From Eledone cirrhosa (lineage: Eukaryota), in contig OZ024742.1 in NCBI GenBank assembly GCA_964016885.1, forward strand, positions 264,678,001 through 264,742,000: 64,000 bases of DNA, given 5' to 3'. The position numbers were made by a program, and so were the translations under genes. The notes under the pieces were generated by a model. It had not been told where the DNA came from and searched no databases. It worked only from the letters and a program-made list of their open reading frames with translations. The first letter of the stretch is position 1. The number at the start of each line of letters is the position of its first letter. This document shows positions 1-13,090 of this stretch, piece after piece.

Positions 1-774
1 AGGAGCAATTAAAGCTGTCTATATGGATGGATCTGACTGAGACAGCACATGAGTGGCTAAGTAGAACTTAAATAAAATCAAAATTACAATCAACTAGTTT
101 CTAATCATTGATTCCCTTTAACTTTGGTCTTGACTAGAACCAGTTTTCATAACAAAACTAAGTATTCTTAAAAGTTGCATATACTTAATGGATTAGCAAA
201 TACAATGCATCATGCACACCCACACAGTTCTTATACCATTATATATTTACATCATATTACATGCATTAGAACTTTATAGTAGTTCTTAAACTACAGTATC
301 TTCTACCAAATCTACAATGTTGAAAACACATGGATCAGACTTAAAGTTAAGGAAATTCTCAGTCTAAAAGGACCTAAGGAAAATATAGGCATTGCCTTTT
401 ATTCTCTGACTTGAAGCTACGGCATTGAAGGCACTCATGTATCAATATTTGCTTCATGGTTTAAGAAAATGAATCTGTGCTTGTTGTTATTAGATCCACA
501 TACACATGTCATCATAATAGTTTAAAACACTTTTTTGTTGATTGTGATATAAACTTGAAAACCCCTTTAATTCAACAACTTGTAATTAGATTTAATGATC
601 TTGAAGAAATACCCAACATCCTGTACAGTACTTACAGTTACATTCAATGTTATAAGTTTATTTCTATTTTTATTATTTCCTTTTCCATTAAACAAATATT
701 AATAAAACTTACAGACATATATTTCCATATAAAAAAGTATTTATAATTAGCTTATCTCAAGCTATGTTTATTTT

Positions 775-826
775 TGTTACTAATTTCACTAATAATTTTT
801 CTTTTCTTCATATTTTTTAGGTAAGT
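775..826 (+). promoter_or_regulatory. Candidate recursive splice site (ratchet point, AG|GTAAGT)
   Basis: Branch-like TACTAAT/CACTAAT, then TTTTTCTTTTCTTCATATTTTTTAG (AG at 819-820) immediately followed by a consensus donor GTAAGT (821-826). Confidence 0.45.
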
Positions 827-1207
827 GCAAAATGTTTCTTCCAGTGAAAATTTGGTGAGATCTTAATTATTTGTACATAACTTAATATCAAAATTTACTT
901 GGGGCTACTGGTGACTATGTTGATGGTTCTTCAAGTTTGTTTTACTATTTATGGGAATACACACAGACACAAATGCACAAAGAAAACAAATGCATTCACA
1001 TAGACAACTAAATATAGAAGCATACAGTACATATACACATTTACAAGATACACTCACAAGCTCACATGTAAGAAAGAACACTCATAATACTTAGAGACAA
1101 CAATTGAATGATGAAGGAGCATCAACACAGTTGGTCAACATGCTATAAGGAACAGACATCTTAAAGGGAAAAAAGGGGTTATTTTTGTTATGTTTTAAAT
1201 GAAATAT

Positions 1208-1260
1208 TTCTTCTTCTTCTTCTTCTTCTTCTTCTTCTTCTTCTTCTTCTTCTTCTTCTT
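1208..1260. repeat. (TTC)n microsatellite
   Basis: Uninterrupted TTC run; explains the poly-Lys ORF 1195-1416. Confidence 0.95.
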
Positions 1261-1639
1261 CCCATGTAGCATATGGATTTCATATTTTGTTATATAATAC
1301 AGCTTCTTAAGTTGATTTTTTTTTGTTTTGTCTACTACTTGTGTATAACACAAACCTAAAAATTCTTTATATGTATCACATCTTTTGAAACTGACTTTCT
1401 TTTTCTCAATTGCCATTCTATGCTATGTTAATGGAGAATACATGCATATTTCTAATGGGTTGTATGATTATGTATACAAGAGATTATTTGAAACCCAAAC
1501 AATTTTGATTATTAAAGTTCACACACACACACACACACACACACACATTTCCCAAGCCTCTGCTTAGATGCTTTTTATTGCAAAAATCTAAAAGCTGTAA
1601 TTTTTCTTCTAAATTTGTTTTGATATTCCACCACATATT

Positions 1640-2100
1640 CTAGAAAATGATTGAGCCTTATAATACACCCATAAGGTAATTGTTGTATCTATACATTTTG
1701 TATGAAGTATTTACTGGTATATCACATGCTACTCAAAATATCTATGGCCATGTGATATCGCATATGAATTCCCTACTGAAATACCATATGCCTTGTGTAG
1801 AAATAATCTGGGATACAACCTTCTGTGGTACCTTCTTCAGGAACAACATGGTGAAATTATCATCAAAGCCAGGCTTCATCACCAGACTAACATAGGGTTG
1901 TGAACTGACAGTCTTAGCTAATAGGCCTGGTTTCAAACCTGTCATGGCATCATATGTTCTTGAACCACCTCCTTACTCAGTTCGATTGAGTTTCAGATAA
2001 CCATCCATAAGAATAAGCCTGTGAGGAGGAATGGTTCTTTCAGTGCATCTACTTTGATATTATTCAGGATAATATATTCACTATTTTGTCTGTTGGGACC
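1640..2100 (-). pseudogene. Possible highly decayed BEL/Pao LTR-retrotransposon integrase relic
   Basis: Frameshifted minus-strand translation gives HRLIL.. and ..IWYF..FICDITW..DFE..ACDI, loosely like BEL integrase 'WICLFTCAVTRAVHLE'. A similar weak relic lies at 1-470 (-): IHECLQCRSFK, CAVSVRSIHID. By-eye similarity only. Confidence 0.3.
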
Positions 2101-2996
2101 ATGAAATATTTACATGACTCACTGTGGTATAATAAAATTTAATCAAAATAATACACATCTAAAGAATATACAAAATAATTATATAACAGTATACTAGAGG
2201 GAGAAGAAATTGTAAACTTGTGTTCTTCATCTTATAAAAATAGTATACATGGTGCCAATTGCTATGAAAATTATACTTGATGTTGAGAAAATTTTCTCAT
2301 TAGTATCTGTTTTTTTTTCTTTTAACACTACCATCCTGTTTTTTATATTAATCTATTTTTTTCCTCAAGAAAAACCCAGTTTTCCCATTAATTTTGAAAT
2401 AAGATACTAGATTGAAAACAATAATGGATATTTCTTTCAAAACATAATTTGAATTTAAAGTCTCATATTAACTAAGGGTGAGGGTTTCTTAATGTTGAAA
2501 TAATATACATTTATTGACGATAAATTATCTAAGTCTCACTCTCTCTAGAAGATTACTTTTTCATTCTTTTATTATTTTACTGGGGTCAGTCATTGCACTG
2601 GTGCCATGGGTTTCAGTTGATCATATCAACACCAGTACATATTTTTAAGTACTTATTTTATCTATCTCTATTTGTTGAACTGTTAAGTTACAGAACATAA
2701 AGAGCATGAGACACACAGACATCTATCTATTTTATATCTCCCTCACTCTCACTAGCAGGAAAAATGGGCATTCAATGATGCTGATGTTACTGTTGATATG
2801 CATATACATATATATATGTGTCATGATAAAATGCACCCTGTGCATGTTGCAAAGTGGTAGGCATTAGGAAAGGCATCCAGCATACCAAAATGGATTGTAT
2901 GAACAGGATATGACCTGTATAGTCTCAGAAAGTGGTGACCCATCTAGCCCATGTCATCACAATAAACAGACATAAAACAGTAATGGTATATATATA

Positions 2997-4110
2997 TCAT
3001 CATTATTTTATGTCTGCTTTTCCTTGTTGCTTGCATGAGTTAGATGGGTCCTCTCCATCATAGTCTACTTCCACTTGTTGGATTCCTGCATCATCTCCTC
3101 TGTCTGGTTCGGCGTTTTGTGATCAGCTCTAACCAACTCTACCCAGGTTTTCCCCAGGCTTCATCTACTGCAGCTTCATTCCACTGGTATTTCCTGGCAC
3201 TTCTTTACCTAGCAATTACCATCACATAAACATACATCCAGTTCAGTCTTCTCTCTTACTTACTATGTTTCATTCCTCTTAATATCCAGTTTTTCTCTCA
3301 GTTCATCGATGTCACATTGTTCATGTACACTAATATTATAAATCTAACAAAGCATGCCCAGTTTTGACATATCCTCTGCATTTACTGCCCATGTTTCACT
3401 GTCATGCCACATCACACTTCTCATGTGAGCATCATATAATCTACTCTTTGTTCAAAGAGAAACTTCTTTTGTTGTCAACAGAGGTTATAGCTCCTTAACG
3501 TTTTTCAAATTGTTCTTATTCTAGCTACTACACTTTCAGTGCAACTTCCTTCATTGCTCCTTATGTCACCTGAGTAACAGAAACTATCAACTACTTCTAT
3601 AGTACCTTTCCAGGGCTAGAAAATGTTTATTTCACTGGTGTTTTTATAACTAACCACTCCTGTGCATTTGCCACATATAAAACCTACTTTTTCTATTAGT
3701 CTGTCTACAATCCAACTACATATTTGGTGTATCCATGTTTCACATTATGTACATTACATACATTTCTACCTGTTCCTTTTCTAAATACTGAGTATGACCA
3801 CTTTTCTGATAGTGTCAGATTCCTGTCTGCTTTCTTACTTAGTAAAACTTTGTGCTTTGTTAAGTTTACTCTCATTCCTTTTGATTCTAAATTCTAATTC
3901 CACAAGAGGAACTTCCACAGATTCAGCAAACAAAATGCTGAAGTTTTCATAGATAGCCAATCTTAAACTCCTCTGTTATGACTGAGAAAACTATTATAAA
4001 CAGGAGGGGGACTAAGGATTGAGCCTTGGTGAACACCCAGTTATTCATTGAATTCCTCACTTAGCTCCCTTTATTGACATCACCTCTGTAAATAATTTGC
4101 TCTGCACTTA
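2997..4110 (-). mobile_element. Old decayed RTE-clade LINE (RT to 3' end)
   Basis: Minus strand encodes GVHQGSILSPLLFII near 4020 and degenerate versions of the downstream motifs seen in the younger copies at 25005 and 36591; many stops and indels. Confidence 0.75.
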
Positions 4111-5839
4111 TGAGCTACTCATTTTCCTTTGTAGCAATTAATGATTAAACTTCTATGATAGTCATTAGGTATGACAGCATATTATATTATGTGAGCTTAC
4201 ACAGTTTCTTTCTACCAAATTTCACTTAGAAGGAATTGGTCAACCTGAGGTTGTAGTAGAAGACACATGTATAAAGTGCTAGATAGGCAGTGAAGCTGAG
4301 ACCGAAAACATATGGTTGTGAATAAAAATCCTTAACCTCATAGCCTAGTTTGCATGCACCAATAATAATTTTTGAAAAGTTAAGAAATGAATGAAAAATA
4401 TATACCATCACACTGACATTTAATATTCTTCATAAGATTTGAAAATCATCAGTACAAATACAGTTAATTGTAAGACCAATGATTTCATCAACTGTTCTTT
4501 TGCATAAGTTTGTTTATTTCTTAATCTTTTCGTGTGTATATGTTTACCAACCTATTTATATGAAGTAAGGAAAAATAGAATTTATCATGACAGCTCAAAG
4601 AAAATATGAGATGACTATTGCACTGCCAAGTAACATTCTAATCTTAGAATTCAATTTTGTTGTTGAAAGGTTTCTTAATATCTAGACCTTTAAAATTTAA
4701 TTTCTAAAGCAACCATAGAAAATATCTTAATGAAACATTTGGCCTGTGCTTAATGGCAAGATATGTTTAACTATGCCAAACATTACAACAGAATTTTATA
4801 ATGTGTTAATTACATGTAGCTTGAATTCAAATTATAAAGAATAAATGCTGCACACTAGTGGATGTTCATTTTCAAATACTGAGAGAAATATCACCTTCAT
4901 AATTTATTATCAAAATTAACTTTTTACTTCTGTCAGAAAAATGCATGTTGTGAATAGTTGCTAACCCTTTAAAAATGCTAAACATGCTTTAGCAGAGTGG
5001 TAGTGTAGTAACTGAGAAAGATGTTCATATAGTGATGGATGCTCTGTTTGTGATGGTTATTTTAACATGGATGGACTTGGGCACATGGACCAGTATATGT
5101 AACCCTTAATTTGAGACAAAGCCTAAATCCAATAGCAACATAGACTGAGACAAACTGGAGGGATTTCATCAAACCCACCAGAGCAGTTGAACTCAGTACA
5201 GCAAACTATATAATCACTTGCCAAAATTAATGCTGCTGTTGTTGCTTAGAGCTGTGGTTCCTTCTTACACCATGATACCAATTTTCAGTAAGATAGACTG
5301 TGCCATTAGAAACTGAAATGATTTGGTAACAGACGAAAAAAGCAATACCTTTAACAGGATATGAAACAATAAATTTAGCTGGTTGTCTAGTAACATATCT
5401 ACTTGGTCATCTATGCACACAATAAAAATAGAAATAAGTAAATAAATAAATGGTAAGTTATTGCCTTGCCAAAGACTTAGTCTTCTCTTTTGTTATGTGA
5501 AATAATAAAAAAAAAAAGAACCTGAAAACATTACTATTTTATATCATCTATTTCAGTGAGAGAGAACAGAACGGTAAAATGAGTTAAATAATGCATTTCG
5601 ACAAGGAGTTAAAATTGCATCTTCAGAGTTAGAGTACACATTAGAAAACAATCAAAATGTGCAAAAACTGTGTTGTGCAACAAGCAAAACATTTTACCCA
5701 CTCCCTTCTTCTGAACTGCAGTGAGCACCTGCAATGTGACTCAATGTTGTCTCTGTTTTTCACAAGGGAAACTAAACCAAGTATGTGAACCAAGAGAGTG
5801 AAAGAATAAAGAAAGAATGTGTGTGTGCATGTGTGGGAT

Positions 5840-5841
<2 letters not shown>

Positions 5842-5904
<63 letters not shown>

Positions 5905-5915
5905 TATATATATAT
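5842..5915. repeat. (TA)n microsatellite
   Basis: Near-perfect TA run directly upstream of an RTE fragment. Confidence 0.95.
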
Positions 5916-5920
5916 GCGTA

Positions 5921-6586
5921 GATTAGAAAGAAATGAAACTTGCATGTTCCGATGGATGTGTAATAGTAATATACGCGAACGAATTGAGAGAGAGACTGAG
6001 CATAAGAGGAATCAAACGCTGTGTGCAGGAGACCAGGGTGCATTGGTATAGACATGTGATGTGTATGAAGGATGACAGCTGCATAAAAAGGTGCAGAGCA
6101 CTAAAAGTCGATGGAAGCCTTGGAGTGGGGAGACCCAAGAAGACCTGGGATGAAGTGATAAAAGCTGACCTTGCTCAATTGCACCTCTCAAAGGCGATGA
6201 CACAGGACCGTGACCTCTGGTGTCACTCATTAATACAGAAGACCCGACTTCCCATGGGTACAAGCCAAAGCTGAAGCATATAGACAATATGCCCCCACCC
6301 CTCCCACTGCAAAGTGGTCGTGGAGGTGTCATGACAAAAAAGCACCCAGCCCACACTGTAAAGTGATCATGTAGGCACCACAGTAAAAAAGCATCCAGTA
6401 CTCAATGTAAATGAGGTTGGTGTTAGGAAGGGCATCCAGCTGTAGAAAAATAGCTAAAATCAGTTCCCGTATGAGCAAGACAAGGTCACCTGACCTAGAA
6501 CTGCCCACAAGAGGACAACCCGTTTAACCCATGCTAGCATGGAAGAATGGAGGTAAAACTGTGATGATGATAATGATGATAATGAT
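5921..6586 (+). mobile_element. 5'-truncated RTE LINE (subfamily A), ORF2 C-terminus, 3' UTR and (GAT)n tail
   Basis: ELRERLSIRGIKRCVQE..WYRHVMCMKDDSCIKRCR..GRPKKTWDEVIKAD; 3' UTR with AGGAAGGGCATCCAGCTGTAGAAA and CCCATGCTAGCATGGAAG; closely similar to 52621-53997. Confidence 0.9.
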
Positions 6587-6789
6587 ATATATCATCATCA
6601 TCATCATTATAATTTTATAAATTTTGACCAATAGAGAGAGAGTCTGTTTCTAACATAGATACAAGACTCTCTCATTAGAATTTACACAACATCAACTAAG
6701 TAGATAGGTATGCATGTCTGCATGTGTGTGCAGGTATGGATGCTATTGTATGCATGGATGTGTATGTTTTGAGATCTGTACATGTGTAC

Positions 6790-8370
6790 ATGCAGTTATT
6801 AGATGCAGGAGTTTGGGAATGTTTTACATATTTTTGCTGTTCCATTTATGGATTGTACTTGTAATTTCCTAACTAGTCGTGTTCTTTATATTGCTGTGAA
6901 GCCCAGCTTCTCAAGATTTGTACTGAGGCAGTTACTAACATACCACAGTGCCCCAATAATCACAGTTATAAATCTGAAGGTATAATCAGGGTGGAGTATC
7001 TGCAGATTTCTCATTAGTTCTGAATAGATATTCTCCTTTTCACTAATCTTTAATATTACATTGGCATCTGCTGCGCAGCTATCTACCACTACTGTGTATG
7101 CCTTCTTTTCCCTGTCCCACATCATTATATCTGGTCTGTTATGCCTGCATTTTATTGGGGTTTTTACTGGAACATTTCACCAATAATCTTTCATATTATG
7201 TACATGGATGTCTTCCACATTGCTGTAGCTTTTAATGTGTTATTGGCATGGCTATCTTTTCTACGGATTGCATTGGACAGTGTTTTGGCCACTACACCAT
7301 GCCTCATAGGTAGATAGTACTGTGATGACAGCTTTTTATGACAAGGGTGACATCATCATCATCATCATCATTTTACGTCCACTTTTCCCTGCTTGCAAGG
7401 GTGGGACGGGAACTGATTCTGGCTTGATTTCTACAGCTGGATGCCCTTCCTAACAACAACCTCATTTACAGTGAGTGCTGGGTGCTTTTTTTGCCGTGGC
7501 ACCTACACGTCCACTTTACAGTGGAATGATAGGGACCCCAGTCCCTATCATCTCATTTCTACAGCTGAGTGAACTGGAGCAATGTGAAATAAAGTGTCTT
7601 GCTCAAGGAAACAACACATCACCCGGTCTGAGAATTGAACTCACAATCTTTCGATTGCAAGGCCAATGCTCTAACCACTAAGCCATGTGCCTCCATCTTT
7701 GATGTTAATTCTACAGAGTATGCATTTGTCACATCTAGGTGTTTTGCCTGCATCCCTATCTTTATTTTGAATCAGTTATTTTGTGTTGATTTCCTGTTCT
7801 TGGATTGCAAAAGCATATCTTTCAAAATGGGAGCCAATATAGCGGTTGTTGGTCCAAGATAGACTACTTTGCTTATCTATATTACTCTCACTCTAGAGCG
7901 TCCTGGCAACATATCCACGTATGATTTTTTGCTGATAAGCATGCAGTTTTTCATCCATGGATTCACTGCGGTATTGTTGGGCAGTTTCCCTGGGTGTGAG
8001 TCTTTGATTATCATGCCGAAAGTATCTTTCAAGAAGATCCTTCCCAACTCCCATGATCGTATCTGTCTCATGCAGACAAACTTGCTTAATAGATTGGCTC
8101 CTATGCTTGGAGGTTCGTAAATGTTGTCAGAGGGATATGATGTGACACTGAAATGCTGTCTGGACTGAGATTAGGCCTCTACCTCTCTGCTTATGTTTCA
8201 ATAGAGGATGACACTGTTGATGTGGAAGTTTCCGGTGTTGTTTAACATTTTTCGAGTTTTAACATCAATTGCTCGGATGTCGTCTATCGTCCATTCGAGT
8301 ATTCCAAGCGTTGGTGTTAGGACAGGCTCAGCGAACACATTATGAGCCACTGTTTTATTGCGCGCAGAGA
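6790..8370 (-). mobile_element. Decayed R4/Dong-type (REL endonuclease) non-LTR retrotransposon, interrupted by a SINE
   Basis: PDIMMWDREKK..KISEKENIYSELMRNLQILHPDYTFRFITVIIGALWYV (REL domain) and NKTVAHNVFAEPVLTPTLGILEWTIDDIRAIDVKTRKML (thumb region typical of R4/Dong). Confidence 0.8.
7351..7694 (-). mobile_element. tRNA-derived SINE with RTE-derived 3' tail
   Basis: Minus strand: box A TGGCTTAGTGG, box B GAGTTCAATTC, central CCTTGAGCAAGACACTTTATTTCAC, hairpin ATGATAGGGACTGGGGTCCCTATCAT, then the RTE 3'-UTR sequence and (GAT)n; short GATG target duplication inside the R4 relic. Confidence 0.85.
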
Positions 8371-9850
8371 TTTCTATGTATGTATGTATTTGTACACACA
8401 CAAAAAAAAAAAAGATACAGTTACATGTAATATCAGTATAGGCATGTTGTCAATATCTTTTTGTAACCATTTAACACTGGAGACTTCTGGTGTCCATGGC
8501 CCTAGGGCCACCTTCCTACTCACCACCATCGCCACAGAGTTGGCTACCCACTGGTGTGAGCCACGTGAGCTGGGAATGGCTCTTCCAGTGCATCTCCCTC
8601 ACCATCCTCCAGGGAAACACCTTCTCTATTCTCTCCACCAGGACTGCAGGGTGACCAGTTTGCCAGGGTCGCAGGATGGCCAGCACGTGGTTCCCCATTT
8701 GCTCATAATAGTGAGAGATGGGGAGAGCGGAAGAGACTGAACCAGTGACACAGAGAGTTTAGTTCCTTTGTGTTCGGACCTGGTATTTATTTACACCCTT
8801 TATTTGGGTGCCTGTTGTGTAGCTACTTAATGGCCTGCCTGTGTGAAAGTGTGTCTATATATATATATGTTTGTATGCGAGTGTATATATATGTGTGTGT
8901 GTGTGTGTGTATATATATATGACTAATTTTTAGTTAGTTTTAGAACATTCTATGAATAAATGCCTCCATTAAACAAATTAAGATGCACCCTGTGAGTTTC
9001 ATGTGTGTCTAGTTAATACATAAATTGCTCTTGGGTATTTTAAGATTTATATCTTCCCTGATAGAGCACTCTGAAAATATTTTCAGTTTATCTGTGTGTG
9101 TGTGTGTGTGTGTGTGATGTCGGCATTCAGCCAGAATGAGTTGAGCCAGCTCCAACCAGTAAATCCACAGCTGTGAATTCACTAGCATAATCTCATCGAG
9201 AATATGGTTTTTGTCAGCCGTCTCTAGCTGCAAGTATGGTTGTATGTATATGCACCCACTTCATATACGTTGTACATCCAAGTCATATATTCAATCCCTT
9301 ATGACCAACTACTATATATACTATGGCTACACGGGAACCTGTCTCATTCTACCTTAACTGGACATGTGATCTGTTGCCAGAGTATGTAGATGCCCCAGAA
9401 AATGTCCTTATATCATTTTAATTAAGATTCTTTAGACCTATTACAATGGTCCTTCTGTTGAATCTACTGGAAATAGTCCCTCTTTCTACCATTTATTTTC
9501 TGCATTCTGTAACCTTCATAGAAACCTTAACCTTTCCAGGCTTCTCTCTCCTGAACATCAGTGAGGTAAAGTACAGAAGGGCAGAAAGGGATGGATATTC
9601 AGGATAGTGACTGTATACATTTCTCTCTCTCTCACTCTCTGTCTCTCTTTCTCTCTCTTTCTCTCACACACACACACACAAGCACACACACAAATGTATA
9701 TTGCAGTTTAATGGTTCAACAGAAACCAGCAGTATATATTATGCTTATAAATAAGCTGTGTTTGAATCAGAAAGAACATTTGGCTATAAGATATTTCCCT
9801 CAAAACATCTTGTCCAACCCATGTTAGCATGGAAAAGGTGGACATTAAGG

Positions 9851-10190
9851 TGTAGGCATGGCTGTATGGTTAAGAAGTTCATTTCACAACTGCATGGTTT
9901 TGGGTTCAATCCCACCATGTGGCACCTTGGCCAAGTGTCTTCTACTATAGCCTCAGATTGTCTACTGCCCTGTGAATGAAATTTGATATACAGAATCTGC
10001 TTGGAAGCCCTTTGCACATGTGTGTGTGTCCATGTAAATGTATATATTTACTGTTAATTTATATCCTATAATTTAATGCTTGATAAAATAAGTACCAGTC
10101 TTGAAAAAATCTATACTGTGGTTGATGTGATCAACTAAATCCCTTCAAGGTTGTGTCACAGCATGGCCGGAAATATGTAAAAGTGTAAAT
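9851..10190 (+). mobile_element. tRNA-derived SINE (second family)
   Basis: TGGCTGTATGGTTAAG box A, GGGTTCAATCCC box B, GGCACCTTGGCCAAGTGTCTTCTACTATAGCC core; related fragments at ~4200-4350 (-) and ~45075-45215 (-). Confidence 0.7.
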
Positions 10191-12339
10191 AGAGTAGGGA
10201 CAATGATGAGGATGATGACAATGATATATTTGTGATTCTGAGATTGTTTGTTTACATTTTTATATATCTAACTGCTACGTTAAACATCCAATCAAGTTAG
10301 ATATACATCTGTATTATCCTTCTCACTGACTAAGTATATATTAGAATATAACACACACTGATATTCTGAATTGATTAGTTTTCTTCCTTCATCATATAAA
10401 AGTTGCCTCTTTAATTATTACAATCTACCCTTGTTTATATAATTGAATATGAGTGTTGTTGTTTGTTGTTCCCCAAAGTTACCTGCTGCTTTTAAATGAT
10501 TTTATAGCAAACACCTTTATATGTGTGTGTTGAATTTCCATTGGGTGTTCCAGTTGTTTAGACCAGCCCGCTCTTGAAATTAACATGCAAGTGACTGAGC
10601 ATTCCACAGACATGCATACCCTTAACAAAGTCCTCAGGAAGTTTGTATCAAAGAACCCATGCTTGCGTGGAAGATAGACGTTAAACAATGATGATGATGA
10701 TGATGGTCCTTTGGATTACAGATGCAACTCGTTTCTATTAACTGTTTCGACTAGACATATGAAATAAAGTATTGCTCAAGGACACAATGCATTGCCAGGA
10801 ATCAAACTTATGACCTTAAAGTTGTGAGTCAAGCACCCTAACCACTAAACCACATACCTTCACATTCTATCATATACACACTCTCTCACACACATATATA
10901 CAGAGAGAGAGACAGATAGTTTTAAAATTCATTTACATTCAAATCTGTATAAAAGCCAGTGAATTAACAATGATAAACAGAATCCATATGAATGATCAAC
11001 AACCAAGTACCCAAGTATTTGCAATTCAATCATTTTTAACTAGCAACCTTTAGTTTCAATATTCAGAATAGCTAAGCCGGATTACATAATGGCTGTTCAT
11101 TTTTATTATTTTTATCATGATATCACCTTGGTTGCAATTTTCCTGTAAATTTCCTGTTTCATTCAAGAATGTATTGAAGTGTTGTTTCTTTGTTTTGTAT
11201 TGTTGTGCTTTCCTTACAGCTTTTTCTGTTGCCAGATATTGTAAAAATGGAAATATAGTATACTTTTCATGAACCTCATTAAAAACCATTAACAGATTCG
11301 TGATTCCAAAATTGTTTAAACACATTTTTATGTATTTAAATGCTATATTAAATATCCAATCAAGTTGATATTTTTTACATCATTGATCTCTCTTTTCCTG
11401 TAGTTATTATATATATTTTTGCATCTTGAAATTTCAAGCCAACTTAAACTGGATTTTGATACATACATAATTATGTAAACAGACATAACCACATATATAT
11501 GTGTGATGAAATATATATTTCTAGCAACACATTTGTGAACAATGATATAATTTGCAATTTAGAAGTTGAGAAAAACACCTAATGGGCCACTGTGTTGTTC
11601 ACTGCTGTTTGGAGAGAAAAAGTAATAAGCATGTTAATGTACTTCTGGGTAAGGTAGATCCAGGGTAGATTAAACATTAAACAAAACTAGCAGATGGTGA
11701 GGGTATCAAGGGAAGAGGGGAATCACTTCCTTTAAATTAAATGAATTTGTCATCCCCCCACCCCCACAAAAAATGTTGTTGTTTTTTTTGTTTATAGACT
11801 TTATATATGAGTGTACCATAATTTTTTAAGTGTTTATGATCTCAAAAGGGCTTAATCCAGTCCTGGGTAGACATACCACATCCCTTGGTTCATGGGTACT
11901 TTTTCTGTTTATATAGATACTGTTCTCCTCCAGACTAAGATGTACAATAAAAGTAGTCATAATCTCAGATTCTCCCTATCTTATTAACTTTTAAAGTTTT
12001 AATGACATTGTTAAAGATGATTAAAACTGCATATATATACACAATTGCACAAGATACAAATGCAGACACCACCCACACAATCTATATGTAGTAATGATAG
12101 GATGTTGAAGCAACACAGCCAAGTGAAGATGATGGTGTAGCACCTGCTTCTAAAGTGTCAGTTCTTATGCAATGCAGGCATTTTGTGTATTTCTAGATAG
12201 GAAAATTCATTCTAAACCATCCCAGTTCACATGTCAAAATTAAGTGCCAGATTTTCTGGGAAAGATGAATATGACTCATCATTTAAAGTCAAGCAATTGA
12301 TTCTCTGTTTTTGCATCAACATGTGTGTGTGTGTATATC

Positions 12340-13090
12340 ATCACCATTTAATGCCCACTTTCTCTGCTAGCAAGGATTGGATTGGTCTTCAAAGACCAAG
12401 TCAATACTGAAGTAGGTCTACTGACCTCCAGACAAGCAGGGGTTTGCATCCTGCTTACATATGGTCCCACACCCTACTGAATGAATTTTATCATGGCACC
12501 AGCACTAATGAGTTAGACATGTCCTTGATAAAGGTTCTCCCACCCCTTTCTTTGGCAAGATTTCTATGGCTAGATGCCCTTCCTATCACCAAACATTTTG
12601 CAGCATGTACTGGGTGCGTTTATCATGTAGATCACCAACACAAGAGAGGTTGTTGTCTTGCTGATGCAACTGAAGGGTACTCTCAACCCTTTTGACATGG
12701 TTTTTACAATGAGGTGCCCTTCCTATTACCAACCACCTTACAGAGTGTACTGGGTGCATTTTTCATGTCACCTGCATTAGAGAGGTTGTCAGTTATTGTC
12801 CCAACTGAAGAGCCCTGTCTGCTCTGTGGGGTGGGTGTCAGTAGAAAGAAGATAATTATGAAGTTATGGATGTATGACATGTATGACATGTGTGGTGTGA
12901 TTTAACCTTATCTTCATTTAACATCCATTTTCCTCCTAGCAAGGTTTGAATGAGTCACCACAGACAAACTTTGCACAAGTGCAGCCACTGACCTCTCAGA
13001 TAGGCCATGAGCCTGTATCTCACATATGTTCCTATTCTCAACTGAGTGTATTTATCATGGCACCAGCACCAGAGTTGTTGTAATGTCTTT
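12340..13090 (-). mobile_element. Cluster of degenerate RTE 3'-UTR/SINE tail fragments
   Basis: Several degenerate copies of ..GATGCCCTTCCTA..ACCAACCAC..ACAGAGTGTACTGGGTGC, the reverse complement of the RTE tail. Confidence 0.6.

Noticed and set aside
7620-7694. tRNA gene
   Set aside because: It has A and B boxes but no convincing cloverleaf and continues into a SINE body and tail.
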